DNA from: Chthoniobacterales bacterium
GTDB taxonomy: Bacteria > Verrucomicrobiota > Verrucomicrobiia > Chthoniobacterales > Chthoniobacteraceae
Assembly: GCA_038207335.1 (NCBI GenBank)
Contig: JBBQZX010000006.1
Coordinates: 1 to 64,000, forward strand
DNA length: 64,000 nt
Direction: 5' to 3'
This document shows positions 61,401-64,000 of the stretch, piece after piece. The notes below the pieces were generated by a model. It had not been told where the DNA came from. It searched no databases and saw only the letters and a list, made by a program, of their open reading frames with translations. The translations under genes and the position numbers were made by a program. Numbering within the stretch: the stretch's first letter is position 1; every line of letters begins with the position of its first letter.

Positions 61401-64000
61401 TGACGGCTGGATTTCTACTGAAAATGCAGCTCACCACGCCTACACCGAGCGGCACCACGAGCGCGGGCACGATCTATTTTACGACCGACAGCAGCGACCC
61501 GCGCGTGACTTACACCGGCGCGGTGGCGACCCCGGCGAATGGTGGCACCGCGCAGATTTACACTGCGCCACGGACGATCAATGCTACGACGATTTTCAAA
61601 TCGCGGGCGCTCAACGGCGCGGTTTGGAGCGCGCTGAACGAAGCGACTTTCACCGTCGGCTCGACCGCCTCCGCGGTGCGCATCACGGAGATCATGTACA
61701 ATCCGAGCGTCGCGAATGGCGGAACGTCGGCGGAATTCATCGAACTCCAAAATACGGGCACGACTCCGGCGGATCTCAGCGGCTGGTCGATGGCGGGCGT
61801 CGATTTCATCTTTCCGGTCGGCTTCACGCTCGGTGCCGGGAGCCGCATCGTGCTGGCGAATAGCAACGCGCCTGCGACTTTCGCGACGCAATATCTAGGC
61901 GTTGCCGTCGCTGGATATTTCGGCAGCTCGCTGAGCAACAGCGGCGAGCGGCTCGCGCTGTTGGATGCCACTGGCGCTGCGGTCGTCGCGGTGAATTACA
62001 GCGCCACCGGCGGCTGGCCGGCGCGCGCAAACGGGCAGGGTTATTCGCTCGAAATCATCGATTCGAACGGCAATCCCGACGACCCCGCTAACTGGCAGGC
62101 GAGCGCGGTGGAGAAAGGCACGCCGGGCCAGGAGAACAGCACGCCAGTCACTGCGGGAGTCGAGTTCAGCGAGGTCATGGCAGAGAACGCGAGCGTCCCC
62201 GTGGCAGGTGTCGTCGCAGACTACGTCGAGCTGCGAAATTCGACGGGTGCGGCGATTTCGCTCGCGGGTTGGAGCCTGAGTAACGACGGGAATCCGCAGA
62301 AATTTGTCTTTCCCGCCGGCACAAGCGTCGCGCCGAATGGATACATCTCGGTGCTCTGCGACACGGGCAGCGGCGGCGCCCTTTTGCACGCGGGCTTTAC
62401 GCTTAATGGCGGGCCGGCAGGCGACAAAGTGCAACTCTACAACGCCAGTGGCGCGCGCGTGGACGGCGTGAGCTGGGGAAATCAAATCGCTGACCTAACG
62501 ATCGGGAAAGTGAGCGGTGCGTGGGTCCTCTCGACGCCTACCCCGGGCGCGGCGAACACGGCTGCGGCGACCGCTTCGGCAACTGGAAATCTCGTCGTGA
62601 ACGAGTGGCTGGCGAATCCGAATCCTGGCAGCGTGAGCTGGCTCGAAATCTATAACAAAAGCGCCACGGCGCCGGTTGCGTTGAAGGGATTGTATGTCCA
62701 GACGAGCGCGCAGCTTTTCCAGATCACGACGCTCGCGTTCGTTCCGGCGAATGGCTGGCTCCAGCTTTTCTCCGACGAACTTCCCGGCGTGAATCACGTC
62801 GATTTCACGCTCCCCGCGAGCGGCACGACGCTGTCGCTGCTGGACTCCGTGGGCGCTTCGCTTGATTCCGTCACATTCGGCGCGCAAGCGCAGGGCGTCT
62901 CGCAGGGGCGAAATCCCGACGGCTCCGCGACCATCGTGACTTTCACCGGCAGCCCGAGTCCTGGCGCGGCGAACTACGTCTCTAACTGGACCGGACCCGT
63001 GCTCAACGAAGCGCTAGCGATCAATGTGGCGAGTGCGCTTTCGCCCGGGGGTACTCACGCGACATGGCTGGAAATCTACAATCCGACTGCGAGCAGCTTC
63101 CCGCTAGGCGGTATGAAGCTCGGAGTGGTAAACGACTTTTCGTCCGCTTGGACGATTCCTGCGGGGACTAGCGTCGCCGCAGGCTCTTACCTCGTGATTT
63201 GGTGCGACGCCTCGCAGCCTCCGAGCACGATCGCTGGCCCCGACCTAAACACGGGCGTTCCGCTCTCCGGAACGAGTGGCGGTGCGTATTTGTTCACTTC
63301 GAACGGCCAACTGGTGAACCAAGTCGAGTGGGGTTTTCAAATCACCGACCGCTCGATCGGGCTCGATGCTGGGACGTGGAAACTGCTCGCGACCCCGACT
63401 CTCGGCACCGCGAACTCCGCGGCCGGGGCGCTAGGCGCGGTGACGAATCTACGGATCAACGAATGGATGGCAGCACCGAGCAGCGGCACGGATTGGTTCG
63501 AGCTCTACAACCTCGCGACGAGTCCCGTGGCGATGGATGGACTCTATCTTTCCGACGATCCGAGCGAACTCGGGCGGACGAAATTCAAAGTGCCGCAACT
63601 GAGTTTCATCGCCGCGAACGGCTGGGTGCGGTGGCGGGCTGACAGCACCCCGGAACTCGGGCGCAACCACGTCAATTTCAGCCTCGATTCCAACGCCGAG
63701 ACGATCCGCATCTCAAACAATGACGCCGCTTTCACGGCGATCGACATCGTGACTTTCGGGCTGCAAACCACCGGCGTCAGCCAGGGGCGCATCCCGGATG
63801 GGGCGGCGAATATCGTCTTCATGCCAGGGTCGCCGACGCCCGCCGCGAAAAACGTGCTGCTGCCTGCTCCGACATTCAGCGCGCATCCGGCGGGGCAGAC
63901 GCTGTCGCAGGGGACGAATGTGACATTCACCGCAGCCGCGAGCGGATCGGCACCGCTGACGCTCCAATGGAAATTCAACGGCGCGGATATTTCTGGCGCG
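58421..64000 (+). CDS. Giant secreted protein (>1860 aa, 3' truncated): Ig-like + multiple lamin-tail domains + CotH kinase + Fn3-associated domains
   Basis: ATG 58421 MFPKRLPLAIVGLFLALVTAALA; the last codons of the window are in the same frame; absent from the ORF track, consistent with no stop. INEFLAAN..DWIEIYN, RIHGNSSR, YVNLFINGVYWG, DWGDD..KNWY, LPWDQE, ITEIMYNP. Confidence 0.85.
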   Translation, partial: MFPKRLPLAIVGLFLALVTAALAAPTVVTINPAPGTVSSLTQIGVTFSEAVAGVDANDLLINNEAAFGLTGSGAGPYTFTFTQPLPGAVNITWDFDHGISGIGTGAFIRNTWSYTLLDTLPPTIAQVKTSVAGQEQLAIAPLPGSVVGVLTSVEVTFSEPVVGVDAGDLKVNGAATATALSGSGAGPYVFTIPQPATGAVTFSWTTGHGITDVSPAANEFAGGSWSLTVNAGGAGALTINEFLAANATSIADENGDQNDWIEIYNPGASAVNLAGWSLTTDPDQPAGWIFPSRTIAAGGYLVVFASAKDRKPASGNLHANFKLNETGGYLALMSPDSPRAVATKFDPYPVQRYDFSYGPQTGGALRYFARPLPVTNSDTRPGTANGTSALTGVTPKPAVSTARGFFKDPFSLLLSCTDSAATIRYTLDGSDVTLTSPTYSAPLAISATTLLRIAAFGANAIPSATVTHSYLFLDKVFDQTSPPYDNPARSDDNSNPQPPSVGGVPLPVAWGTNGAMTFPAVQITNLNNNQVPADYGMDPEIYSDATKYDDTGAVNNATGKTNMERIKQGLRDLPMISVVLKSDDMWGPAGMYSNSTVKGSQFEKACSIEMVLPDGSTAFATTCGIRIHGNSSRNPQNDAKHGFNLNFKGDYGSASLDYQLFPDSPAKKLDDLVLRGDYNSSWLHWDGTTGINGQRIRANRLRDAYCKDTFRAMSGLASHNRYVNLFINGVYWGTYDPTEKESDSFAANYLGGDKSDYDVYEQGLLKAGTTTAYTAMTSIASPIDNTKYELMKQYLDIPEFVDYMLFHFWTGHQDWGDDPSKNWYAVRNRTKNGTFKYLPWDQENLLWDPAVDRTGVPSPPSGLHPKLVTNAQYQLDFADRVHRHLVALDGALQPVASTARFNKWKSVLTNAIAGESARWGDYRRDVHQYSSATYPLYTWNGHWIAECNRLTSTYFPVRTTNVLAQLRARSLYPTLNAVQYANNANGTVLASQRVTAGFLLKMQLTTPTPSGTTSAGTIYFTTDSSDPRVTYTGAVATPANGGTAQIYTAPRTINATTIFKSRALNGAVWSALNEATFTVGSTASAVRITEIMYNPSVANGGTSAEFIELQNTGTTPADLSGWSMAGVDFIFPVGFTLGAGSRIVLANSNAPATFATQYLGVAVAGYFGSSLSNSGERLALLDATGAAVVAVNYSATGGWPARANGQGYSLEIIDSNGNPDDPANWQASAVEKGTPGQENSTPVTAGVEFSEVMAENASVPVAGVVADYVELRNSTGAAISLAGWSLSNDGNPQKFVFPAGTSVAPNGYISVLCDTGSGGALLHAGFTLNGGPAGDKVQLYNASGARVDGVSWGNQIADLTIGKVSGAWVLSTPTPGAANTAAATASATGNLVVNEWLANPNPGSVSWLEIYNKSATAPVALKGLYVQTSAQLFQITTLAFVPANGWLQLFSDELPGVNHVDFTLPASGTTLSLLDSVGASLDSVTFGAQAQGVSQGRNPDGSATIVTFTGSPSPGAANYVSNWTGPVLNEALAINVASALSPGGTHATWLEIYNPTASSFPLGGMKLGVVNDFSSAWTIPAGTSVAAGSYLVIWCDASQPPSTIAGPDLNTGVPLSGTSGGAYLFTSNGQLVNQVEWGFQITDRSIGLDAGTWKLLATPTLGTANSAAGALGAVTNLRINEWMAAPSSGTDWFELYNLATSPVAMDGLYLSDDPSELGRTKFKVPQLSFIAANGWVRWRADSTPELGRNHVNFSLDSNAETIRISNNDAAFTAIDIVTFGLQTTGVSQGRIPDGAANIVFMPGSPTPAAKNVLLPAPTFSAHPAGQTLSQGTNVTFTAAASGSAPLTLQWKFNGADISGA

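Overview
High-GC bacterial DNA. The gene families present (PEP-CTERM/autotransporter-repeat protein, PSD1/PSCyt + DUF1501 pair, lamin-tail/CotH giant protein) suggest a Verrucomicrobia/PVC organism; this is inference. Layout: (1) 1.3-17.6 kb: a complete minus-strand nitrate-assimilation cluster with a divergent LysR, flanked on both sides by related glycosyltransferases. It runs NasS-like sensor, NrtABCD, porin, FNT nitrite channel, NirA, CysJ-like diflavin protein, DmsB-DmsC-like fusion and Mo-bisPGD nitrate reductase. Its electron-supply architecture is unusual. (2) 18.2-32.6 kb: a decayed accessory region with relics of pyk, ldhA, pckA, SLC13, DUF2254, a kinase ATPase domain, a tRNA-like pseudogene, a phage tape measure and a sialate esterase. 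It carries five copies of a TAGGAC-N4-GTCCGA palindrome and a few intact genes (GNAT, clsC-like PLD, DUF5329, G8 protein). (3) 32.7-47.7 kb: a two-component system, PEP-CTERM and beta-helix proteins, a restriction-enzyme relic, and an AraC/PSD1/DUF1501/LamG module. (4) 47.8-64 kb: core-like genes (xylF-like, GT4, ptsH, kdsD, kup behind a c-di-AMP riboswitch, MacAB-like ABC) and a >1860-aa lamin-tail/CotH protein that runs off the window end. All family calls come from motif recognition by eye; no database searches were run.
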